Shown one piece after another: positions 27,003 to 35,318 of a DNA stretch of 44,525 bases (position 1 is the stretch's first letter; each line of letters starts with the position of its first letter). A program made the translations under genes and the position numbers. The notes below the pieces were generated by a model that was given only the letters and a program-made list of their open reading frames with translations, was not told where the DNA came from and ran no database searches. Source of the DNA: a virus (Duplodnaviria; Caudoviricetes); IMG/VR virus record IMGVR_UViG_3300006127_000025, positions 1 through 44,525 of that record; one strand, given 5' to 3'.

Positions 27003-27337
27003 GAGATTTCCAGAACGCTGAGTATTGCATCTGCTGAACCAGCAACAGATGAAGATACCTGAATTGAATCACTTGCTTTAAGAACCATCTTTTGATCACC
27101 ACCAATTACAACAATAGTACCACCAATAGGTACTGTAGCATTTGTTACAATATATGTTGGAGTATATGAGTTGGCAGAATCTAAAACGTAAGCAGAAACT
27201 TGAATAGTATTTGATGTAGTTCTATTGGCAATAGAAAGTCCAATCACCGTTGACTGTGTAGCCAAAGGTGTTTGGTAGACTGTCGTATTGGCGGTACCAA
27301 TACTAGGTTTTAGACTGTTACGGAAGTTGTTGGACAT
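26999..27337 (-). CDS. Small beta-rich virion protein, putative fibre adaptor
   Basis: 112 aa; MSNNFRN, VIGLSIAN, VPIGGT, GDQKMVL..SD and DAILSVLEIS motifs; ATGA-coupled to the 615-aa fibre. Confidence 0.72.
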   Translation of the reverse strand: MSNNFRNSLKPSIGTANTTVYQTPLATQSTVIGLSIANRTTSNTIQVSAYVLDSANSYTPTYIVTNATVPIGGTIVVIGGDQKMVLKASDSIQVSSSVAGSADAILSVLEIS

Positions 27338-27361
27338 TTTTTATTATCTCATATAATGTTA

Positions 27362-27369
27362 TATTTATG
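27362..27369 (-). promoter_or_regulatory. Late promoter variant CATAAATA heading the fibre array
   Basis: NATAAATA in the gap upstream of the 112-aa gene. Confidence 0.65.
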
Positions 27370-27372
27370 TTA

Positions 27373-30300
27373 TTAACCTAAAGCAATACTGAATGCCAAA
27401 GCGGTAGAGACGGCTATGTAAACAGCATTAGAAGTTGCCAATGTGTTTGCTGCATTAGAGGAAACAGAACTACTTGTGGCCACGATTGTCGAACTATCAG
27501 GGAATTGAATTGCTGTACATGCTGCTACGGTACCAGTTACATTCAAATTATTATTGATGGTTAAGGCACCAGTCATGGTATCACCGGCACGCTGTACTGC
27601 TGTATTAGCAATAGAACCTACTAAGTTTGCCTGAAAGTATGCTGATGTGGCCAATGAGTTGGCTGCATTGGCCTGTACAAATGCTGCATTGGCTTGAATG
27701 TAAGCCGCATTAGCCTGTATGTAAGCAGAGTTACTATTGGTGTAAGCCGCCTGAGCAGAATTGGTTGCCGCATTTGCTTGAGCATATGCAGCTGCCGTAT
27801 AAGCAAATGAATGAGCATTAGTTGTTTGAATGGTGCCATCAGGGAATCGTAAGTAACTCGTTGCACCATTAATTAGAACATTACCTACATGACTTGTGTT
27901 ACCATTGATTGCCAATGATGATGTAGTAATAGAATCGGCAAAGAGATTACCTTTAACTGCGGCACCACCAATAACTTGTAGAGCACCAGAAGTATTACTG
28001 GTTGAGGAAGTACCAGTTTCAATAATCAAATACTTACCAGTATTATTGAATCTCATTACCTCATTGGCAGCCAAGAAACCACCAGTTGCCCATACCATAT
28101 CACCGACAGCAGAAGTGGAATCGGTAGCAAATACTAAGTTACCACCAGCACCTGAACTTGCCACAGCACCAGTGAAAATGTATCCATCTTGTGGTTTGGT
28201 GATTGTAAAGTTAGGGTCAGCAAAAGAAGAACCGGCGATACCCATATCGACCCAACCATGGTCATTTAATGGTCCTGGATAGGTGTCGACATAAGCAATA
28301 TAGTCCGCAGAACCTGTGTTGGATCCTCCATTCAGGAGTGCTGCTTGAGTATAGTATTGTCCTGCTGTACCTGTTGTTGCCACACCTTTCATTACCAAAG
28401 CAGGGTTGGTAATATTGGTATTGAAAGCATTATTACCAATATATGTGGTATTGGCAATTACAACATAACTATTGTGGTATGTGTTACCACTAAATGTAGA
28501 ACCACCAGTAACAGTTAAGGCAGTAGAACTATTACTATTAGCAATATTCAAACGACCAGTCATTGTATCGCCAGCACGGAGTACGGCAGTATTGGCTAAG
28601 TTATAAGATGCCTGTGCTGAGTTAGTTGCTGCATTTGCCTGAGCATATCCTGATGTGGCGTAAGTATTAGTATTATTTGCCTGTAAGAATGCTGCGTTAG
28701 CGTATGCTGATACGGTATTGGCTAAATTATAACCAGATTGTGCAGAGTTTGTGGCAGCATTAGCCTGAGCATACGCACTAGTTGCATAAGTGTTTGTGTT
28801 GTTTGCTTGTAAGAATGCTGCGTTAGCATAAGCAGACACCGTATTAGCAAGGTTGTATCCTGACTGAGCAGAAGCAGTTGCTGCATTAGCTTGTGCGTAA
28901 CCACTAGTTGCATATGTATTGGTATTATTAGCCTGTAAATAAGCGGCATTAGCATATGCCGATACTGTATTTGCCAGATTATATCCAGACTGTGCTGAAG
29001 CTGCCGCAGCGTTTGCTTGAGCAAAAGCAGCAGTAATATTGGCGTTAGCAGTAGTTACATAACCTTGTAGTAAAGTAATGTTGGTGTTCTGAGTATTATC
29101 TACGCCTTGAATATATGCTAAGTTTGTATTGGCAGTATTGTATGCCTGATTGGCTTGAGCAAAAGCGGCATTTGCCTGTATGTAAGCCGAGTTACTATTG
29201 TTATAGGCATATTGTGCTGAGTTTGTAGCAGCATTAGCCTGTAGATATGCTGCGTTAGCAGTTGTACTAACAGTATTAGCTAAATTATATCCAGACTGAG
29301 CAGAATTGGTTGCTGCATTAGCTTGCAGGTAAGCCGCATTGGCTGTGGTACTTACAGTATTTGCTAGGTTATATCCAGATTGAGCAGAGTTCGTAGCCGC
29401 ATTGGCTTGTAAGTAAGCCGCATTGGATGTAGTAGAAACGGTATTTGCTAGGTTATATGCTGAGTTGGCTTCAGTAGAAATATTGTTAGCAAAATTGTAT
29501 ACTGATTGAGCAGAATTGGTGGCAGCATTGGCCTGTAGGTATGCTGCGTTAGCAGTCGTACTAACTGTATTAGCCAAATTATATGCTGAGTTTGCCTCTG
29601 TTGAAATATTATTGGCAAAGTTGTATACTGATTGTGCTGAATTTGTGGCAGCATTTGCTTGAGCATATGCAGTTGTGGCATACTGATTAGTTAAATTGGC
29701 CTGATTGTATGCTGCGGTTGAGTAAGCAAATAATTCTAGGCCATTAATATTGGCAGTAGGACTGTTGATGCCACCAGTAGTAATAGAATCATAAGTGATA
29801 TTTGCTTCAGTCCAATTGATTACCGATGTAGGTTCAGTAGATACATTGCTAAAGAATACCCAATTACCATTGTTATGATTACGAACAACACCAGTATGTT
29901 GATAATGACTTGGTACACCACCAACAAAGTGACCCACAATACCAATATCAACCACATTCGATGAGTTATTACCAGCAAGGTAGATAATTGAATTACCTAC
30001 GTTAGCAGAATTAACTTCATAATATGTTAGGTTACCAGAAATACTGACGTTACCTGAAACAGCTAAATCTTTACTAATAGTAACAGAACCAGTAATTGTT
30101 CCACCAGCAGAAGCAAATTTAGTATTTGCATTATCATAGGCAGCCTGTGCTGAGTTGGTTGCTGCGTTAGCCTGTAGATAAGCGGCATTAGCCGTGGTAC
30201 TTACTGTATTTGCTAGGTTATAACCAGACTGAGCAGATGCTGTAGCGGCATTCGCTTGAGCATATCCAGAAGTAGCATAAGTGTTGGTTAAATTTGCTTG

Positions 30301-32196
30301 GTTATATGCTGCATTGGCAGTTGTTGAAACAGTATTGGCTAAATCATATGCTGCGTTAGCATGTAATGAGATATTGTTAGCAAAGTTATAAACTGATTGA
30401 GCCGAGTTAGTGGCAGCATTGGCTTGCAAATAAGCCGCATTAGCGGTTGTACTTACAGTATTGGCAAGATTATATGATGAGTTTGCTTCAGTTGATATAT
30501 TGTTGGCAAAGTTGTATACAGACTGTGCTGATGCTGTGGCTGCATTGGCCTGTAAATAGGCAGCGTTTGCTGTAGTTGATACAGTATTTGCCAGGTTATA
30601 TGCTGAGTTGGCTTCTGTCGATACTGTGTTGGCCAAATCATATGATGCATTAGCATGTGTTGAAATATTATTAGCAAAGTTGTATACTGATTGTGCTGAA
30701 GCTGCTGCAGCATTCGCCTGGTTATATCCAAAAGTTGCATATATGGTTAATTGTGCAGTTGTTACGTTTTGAGCATTATCAACACCTTGTATGTAAGTAA
30801 GTGTTGAATTGGCAGTATTTAAACCACCAGTAATGTATACAGTATTTGCTGCAGCTGTATTAGCGGCATTATAGGCAGCTTGTGCTGAATTAGTTCCAGC
30901 ATTTGCTTGGAGATAAGCTGCATTAGAATTGGTATAAGCAAATTGAGCAGAGTTGGTTGCCGCATTAGCTTGTAGATAAGCAGCATTGGCAGTTGTACTG
31001 ACTGTATTGGCCAAATTATATGCCGAATTAGCTTCAGTAGAAATGTTGTTAGCAAAGTTGTATACAGATTGTGCTGAATTTGTTGCAGCATTTGCCTGAG
31101 CATAACCTGATGTAGCGTATGTATTGGTAATATTTGCTTGGTTATAAGCAGAAGCCGCATAGGTATTAACAGCAACCACGTTGGCATTAATAGTATTCGT
31201 TACAATTTGGAAGTAAATAATATTGGCTGCCAAGTTGGCAGTTGTAGTATTTGCTTGATTGTAACCTGATGTGGCGTAAGTATTTACAGCAATAATCTGT
31301 GTATTTTGTGTAGTATTAACACCTACCTGATATGCCGTATTAGCTGCAATCTGACTTACTGCTGAGTTTGCATTATTATATGCCGCTTGAGCAGAATTAG
31401 TTGCTGCATTGGCTTGAGCATATCCAGACACAGCATATTGGTTTGTTGCATTTGCCTGAGCATATGCTGAATTAGCATATTGATTTGCTGCGTTTGCTTG
31501 TACAAAAGCCGCATTAGCTTGAATATAGGCAGAATTTGAATTATAATAAGCGGCAGAAGCAGATGCTGTGGCTGCATTAGCTTGTAAGTAAGCAGAATTA
31601 GCAGTAGTAGAATCTGTATTGGCTAATTGATATGCTGCATTGGCTTGAATAAAAGCGGCATTAGCATCAGTATAGGCTGCTTGAGCAGAAGCCGTAGCTG
31701 CATTAGCCTGAGCATAAGCTGCATTTGCTGTAGTTGAAACAGTATTTGCTAGATTATACGCAGAAGTTGCATATGTATTAGTATTGTTTGCTTGTAAAAA
31801 AGCAGCATTAGCATATGCACTTACCGTATTTGCTAAATTATAACCAGATTGAGCAGAAGCCGTAGCAGCGTTGGCTTGATTGTATCCGGCTTGTGCTGAG
31901 TTGGTAGCAGCATTTGCTTGTGTATAGGCGACATTACTATTTGTATAAGCAAATTGTGCAGAATGTGTTGCGGCATTTGCTTGGTCAAAAGCATCTTGAA
32001 TAACTACGTTCTGGCCAGCATTAACTTCAATCAGATTGAGAATATAAGATTCACCACCAATTGGAATAATCTCATTATTTGCATCTCCAATAAACAAAGT
32101 ATTGGATTTAAACGAATACGCTAAAGCACCGTCTGCTAAAGTGGTCGGTACATTCGATGTATACGACCGGAGTATCTGTATGACTGTATTGGACAC
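27373..32196 (-). CDS. Long fibre/stalk protein (1607 aa) with Ala/Asn heptad repeats
   Basis: N-terminal IQILRS...P..LADGALAY fibre-anchor motif (Mtd-N / long-tail-fibre-like); dozens of AYxQANA repeats; three G(D/G)T(M/I)TG fibre motifs; C-terminal ALAFSIALG. Confidence 0.8.
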   Translation of the reverse strand: MSNTVIQILRSYTSNVPTTLADGALAYSFKSNTLFIGDANNEIIPIGGESYILNLIEVNAGQNVVIQDAFDQANAATHSAQFAYTNSNVAYTQANAATNSAQAGYNQANAATASAQSGYNLANTVSAYANAAFLQANNTNTYATSAYNLANTVSTTANAAYAQANAATASAQAAYTDANAAFIQANAAYQLANTDSTTANSAYLQANAATASASAAYYNSNSAYIQANAAFVQANAANQYANSAYAQANATNQYAVSGYAQANAATNSAQAAYNNANSAVSQIAANTAYQVGVNTTQNTQIIAVNTYATSGYNQANTTTANLAANIIYFQIVTNTINANVVAVNTYAASAYNQANITNTYATSGYAQANAATNSAQSVYNFANNISTEANSAYNLANTVSTTANAAYLQANAATNSAQFAYTNSNAAYLQANAGTNSAQAAYNAANTAAANTVYITGGLNTANSTLTYIQGVDNAQNVTTAQLTIYATFGYNQANAAAASAQSVYNFANNISTHANASYDLANTVSTEANSAYNLANTVSTTANAAYLQANAATASAQSVYNFANNISTEANSSYNLANTVSTTANAAYLQANAATNSAQSVYNFANNISLHANAAYDLANTVSTTANAAYNQANLTNTYATSGYAQANAATASAQSGYNLANTVSTTANAAYLQANAATNSAQAAYDNANTKFASAGGTITGSVTISKDLAVSGNVSISGNLTYYEVNSANVGNSIIYLAGNNSSNVVDIGIVGHFVGGVPSHYQHTGVVRNHNNGNWVFFSNVSTEPTSVINWTEANITYDSITTGGINSPTANINGLELFAYSTAAYNQANLTNQYATTAYAQANAATNSAQSVYNFANNISTEANSAYNLANTVSTTANAAYLQANAATNSAQSVYNFANNISTEANSAYNLANTVSTTSNAAYLQANAATNSAQSGYNLANTVSTTANAAYLQANAATNSAQSGYNLANTVSTTANAAYLQANAATNSAQYAYNNSNSAYIQANAAFAQANQAYNTANTNLAYIQGVDNTQNTNITLLQGYVTTANANITAAFAQANAAAASAQSGYNLANTVSAYANAAYLQANNTNTYATSGYAQANAATASAQSGYNLANTVSAYANAAFLQANNTNTYATSAYAQANAATNSAQSGYNLANTVSAYANAAFLQANNTNTYATSGYAQANAATNSAQASYNLANTAVLRAGDTMTGRLNIANSNSSTALTVTGGSTFSGNTYHNSYVVIANTTYIGNNAFNTNITNPALVMKGVATTGTAGQYYTQAALLNGGSNTGSADYIAYVDTYPGPLNDHGWVDMGIAGSSFADPNFTITKPQDGYIFTGAVASSGAGGNLVFATDSTSAVGDMVWATGGFLAANEVMRFNNTGKYLIIETGTSSTSNTSGALQVIGGAAVKGNLFADSITTSSLAINGNTSHVGNVLINGATSYLRFPDGTIQTTNAHSFAYTAAAYAQANAATNSAQAAYTNSNSAYIQANAAYIQANAAFVQANAANSLATSAYFQANLVGSIANTAVQRAGDTMTGALTINNNLNVTGTVAACTAIQFPDSSTIVATSSSVSSNAANTLATSNAVYIAVSTALAFSIALG
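28590..32000 (-). repeat. Coding degenerate 42/84-bp tandem repeats in two blocks (about 28590-29720 and 30120-32000)
   Basis: Unit ATNSAQSGYNLANTVSTTANAAYLQANA and variants; boundaries approximate. Confidence 0.85.
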
Positions 32197-32421
32197 TTAA
32201 AAGAACCCCGCATCGATGTTGGTAATTAATGAACCTGCTGGTGAAAGTACAAAAGAATTGGTATTTGCTTGATATGCGATAACATCAAGGTTAATACCAC
32301 CAGTTCCATTAAAGTCCGCAGCACCTTTGATGGTGTTTTTACCACCATAACTGATTGAATTTACTCTTGGATTTGTTGCTGATCCAACTTGGACATTGAC
32401 TGTCCCAATGACTTGTCCCAT
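32197..32421 (-). CDS. Small hypothetical virion protein
   Basis: 74 aa, abutting both neighbours; ends IDAGFF, resembling the (I/L)DGG.F fibre-junction motif. Confidence 0.65.
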   Translation of the reverse strand: MGQVIGTVNVQVGSATNPRVNSISYGGKNTIKGAADFNGTGGINLDVIAYQANTNSFVLSPAGSLITNIDAGFF

Positions 32422-32784
32422 TTATTGCTCCAAAATTTTAGTGCTGATAATGTTAGTAACACCAGGCGCCACTTCAGCAATTCCTTCTAAAATTCTGGTT
32501 ACATTTTGGGATGGATCAATAATAATGGTATCATAAACATAACGACCTGGAGAAATATTTGCTGTGGTCGGTGCATCCAACTGTAAAGTGATTGTTCCTG
32601 AACCTGAATTAATAGTGGTGGAAAATGTTGCTGTAACATTTGATGTATAATAGGAATGCTTCAATTGAGCTTTAGCTATATAACCAGACAAGTCGAATAT
32701 ATTATTATATACATCATCCAAAGTAATGGACGTTGAATATGTTGTTCCTTGTTCGATGTACAGGTCTTGGTAGGCTGCCGGCAT
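32422..32784 (-). CDS. Virion structural protein, possibly a fibre-attachment/collar beta-sandwich (LtfC/BppU-like)
   Basis: IEQG.T, DLSGY.A.AQ, G.I.L.L....T and GRYVYD...R.LEG...V.PGV motifs. Confidence 0.65.
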   Translation of the reverse strand: MPAAYQDLYIEQGTTYSTSITLDDVYNNIFDLSGYIAKAQLKHSYYTSNVTATFSTTINSGSGTITLQLDAPTTANISPGRYVYDTIIIDPSQNVTRILEGIAEVAPGVTNIISTKILEQ

Positions 32785-32818
32785 TTAAATTCCTGATTAT
32801 TGTTATTATTATATCGGA

Positions 32819-32826
32819 TATTTAGT
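32819..32826 (-). promoter_or_regulatory. Late promoter variant ACTAAATA
   Basis: TAAATATCCG context identical to that at the gp18 promoter. Confidence 0.55.
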
Positions 32827-32844
32827 CAATTCCTACCTTGGCTC

Positions 32845-32927
32845 AAAAGTAAAATCGCTTTTTGGAGTCTTGGATTTCATCTCCGGAATTTGGAGGCCGG
32901 AACGCAAAAAATCGAAATTTTACTTTT
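32845..32927. other. Candidate structured intergenic element (long imperfect inverted repeat with inner stems)
   Basis: AAAAGTAAAAT 32845-32855 pairs with ATTTTACTTTT 32917-32927; GC-rich interior. Confidence 0.45.
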
Positions 32928-35091
32928 TCTTCAATTCGTCAATTTCTAATTTGAGTGCTTTAACACACTCAATTAAAAGTGGTACTAATCTTTCATAGTC
33001 AATTGTTAGATATTGATTATCGATAGGTGCTGGAGAAACAATTTCTGGCATAATTGCTTGTACTTCTTGAGCAGACACACCAACTTCACGTTTAGGCTTA
33101 TAACCAAGTGCTTGGGCAGTTTCATTCGCCTCATAGTAGAAACCGTTTAACGACATTATTTTATCTAACGGATTCTCAATAGGACCCAAATATTTCTTCA
33201 ATCTCATATCTGAGTAGTAAGCAGTAATATTTGATGTTGCCCACACTTGACCACTTACATATAAACCTGTATTTGTAATTAATCCGTAAGTTGGGTTACC
33301 ACCTATAGACCAAGATGAACCATAGAAACCTACAGCACCATAACTTCCTGAGTTAATCGTAACGTTACCTGTAGAGTAGATAGCTTTATCACCACCGGCA
33401 GCATTACTCCAAACAGCTTGATACCAAGCACTATCAGTTCTATTAGGATTTTGATTTACACCATTGGCCAATCCGGCAGTCAAACTCGAAGCAGTACCTG
33501 TCAATTGAGTAGTAAAGCTACCAATACTTGATTTACGATAGTAACCATCAGCACCATTAGTTACGAGAACTTGTGAAACTGTTGGATTTTCATTATTGCT
33601 TGTATTTGAGTTAAAATAACTACCAAAAATGTATCCACTACCATCCGATCTCAATACTTGATTGGCACCAGGTACTGAACCTGCCGTTTGTACGCCTAAT
33701 CCATATGCAGTTGCTGCATTACCTGAAATATTGTGGCCGTAAGTTCCACCAGAACCAAGTTGATTTAAAACGTATGCGGTAGTAGCAATCTGTGTAGTAC
33801 TTGTTCCGTTGGTTGCTGTTGGTGCTGTTGGTGTACCATTTAATGTTAATCCAGCAAAAGTAGGACTGGCAGATGTTCTCAAATCTTGTGGAGAACTAAT
33901 ATCTAAATTGTTACCAGAAGCAACAATAGTCATGCCATTATCACTACTAAATGTAACTAGTCCGTTACTTGGATTTATAGAACCTGTTGTACCATTAAAC
34001 TGATTTAATGATGTATTGGCCCGAGCATATGCTGAATTGGCGTAATTGTTGATGGCCAAAGATGCTGTATTTTGAGTTGCATTAATACCTAATTGTAGAT
34101 TGGTATTTGATGTAATCTGGTTTTGAAAATTGGTTATAGATGCACTCAATAATGTATTAACAGCAATAATTGAGTTATTCAATGTATTTGCTGCTGTTTG
34201 AGACGCTAAACCAGAAGAATTAACAGTAATTACTGAATCACTAATTAGATTGGCAGTAAGAATCTTGGAATAACCTGTTGGATTATTAACATCACGAATA
34301 TCCCAATAAGTATTTGCTTCATTCCAACGAATGGCCGCATTGGCATTAACACCACGATTAACCGCAAATGTACTTGTTAAACCTACGTTACTATTGGCGT
34401 TAATCGTGAAAGTATTAGTATTATATACTGTTGTACCGTTAATAATAAAGTTACCAGTAACCGCTAATTGGCCACCAATTTGAGCATTATTAACAATATT
34501 TAAATTTGAACCAGAAATTAACTGTGTAGCAATAAAATCTGTAGCATTAACGTCATTTGTTACATTAATATATTTGGCAGCATTAATGTTTGCTGTAAAT
34601 GAAGCATCTTTTAATACACTTAATGTGTTGGAAAGTGTAGCAGCACCAGTAACAATCAAAGTATTACCTAAATTGGCAGCACCAACAATTGTACCTGTTC
34701 CGTAAACAATAACGTTTGCACCAATAGATGCGGAATTGGAAACTTGTAAACCAGTATTAGCACCTAATGCTAATAAAGGACCACCAATATTTGCTTGACC
34801 TGAATTGGTTAAACCTAAAGATGTATTTGTAAAATAAACTTGAGTATCAACACGAAGGTTGTTTTGTACATAAGCAGAAGAACCAACACCAGTAACTTGG
34901 AGTTGTCCAGCAAAGATGGCATTGTTACCAACTTGTAAACCTAAGGTTGGGTCGTTTAGGTATAATGTTCCTGATGGCTTAATATAATTATTAGCCGCCA
35001 TGTTGTTATTTTCTATTGCTAAAGCATTAGTTGTAACAACCCAATCACCAAATGTATTGGCATAACCTAATAGGGTAACTGTATTAGCCAT
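32920..35091 (-). CDS. Tail fibre (723 aa) with C-terminal intramolecular chaperone (peptidase S74-like)
   Basis: N-terminal NTF.DW...TN motif; PTAPTA..GT.TTQIATTAYV fibre repeat; C-terminal YYSDMRLK...GVSAQEV...PE.V...YERLVPLLIE. Confidence 0.85.
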   Translation of the reverse strand: MANTVTLLGYANTFGDWVVTTNALAIENNNMAANNYIKPSGTLYLNDPTLGLQVGNNAIFAGQLQVTGVGSSAYVQNNLRVDTQVYFTNTSLGLTNSGQANIGGPLLALGANTGLQVSNSASIGANVIVYGTGTIVGAANLGNTLIVTGAATLSNTLSVLKDASFTANINAAKYINVTNDVNATDFIATQLISGSNLNIVNNAQIGGQLAVTGNFIINGTTVYNTNTFTINANSNVGLTSTFAVNRGVNANAAIRWNEANTYWDIRDVNNPTGYSKILTANLISDSVITVNSSGLASQTAANTLNNSIIAVNTLLSASITNFQNQITSNTNLQLGINATQNTASLAINNYANSAYARANTSLNQFNGTTGSINPSNGLVTFSSDNGMTIVASGNNLDISSPQDLRTSASPTFAGLTLNGTPTAPTATNGTSTTQIATTAYVLNQLGSGGTYGHNISGNAATAYGLGVQTAGSVPGANQVLRSDGSGYIFGSYFNSNTSNNENPTVSQVLVTNGADGYYRKSSIGSFTTQLTGTASSLTAGLANGVNQNPNRTDSAWYQAVWSNAAGGDKAIYSTGNVTINSGSYGAVGFYGSSWSIGGNPTYGLITNTGLYVSGQVWATSNITAYYSDMRLKKYLGPIENPLDKIMSLNGFYYEANETAQALGYKPKREVGVSAQEVQAIMPEIVSPAPIDNQYLTIDYERLVPLLIECVKALKLEIDELKKK

Positions 35092-35094
35092 GTG

Positions 35095-35316
35095 TTAATT
35101 ACTCTTTTCTAATAGTTGAATCAATAGTTGCTTTAATTCACTTAAATCTTCTTTTACACTATTGATGTCGGATTTCATGGTATTTATTTCACTTGCCTGA
35201 CTGGCTAAACGGTTTCTTTGGCGATAATATTCTTGTAATCCATTTTTATCATTATTGATAAGTGCCATGGAAGTTGTATCACGAATTAATGTAGAGTTGG
35301 GTATTTGTACTAGCAT
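35095..35316 (-). CDS. Small coiled-coil hypothetical protein
   Basis: 73 aa; RD..S.ALIN.D motif and a C-terminal heptad; tightly packed between its neighbours. Confidence 0.7.
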   Translation of the reverse strand: MLVQIPNSTLIRDTTSMALINNDKNGLQEYYRQRNRLASQASEINTMKSDINSVKEDLSELKQLLIQLLEKSN

Positions 35317-35318
35317 GA

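Noticed and set aside
28590-32000. CRISPR array or non-coding tandem repeat
   Set aside because: The repeats are in-frame, vary mainly at third codon positions and have no unique spacers.
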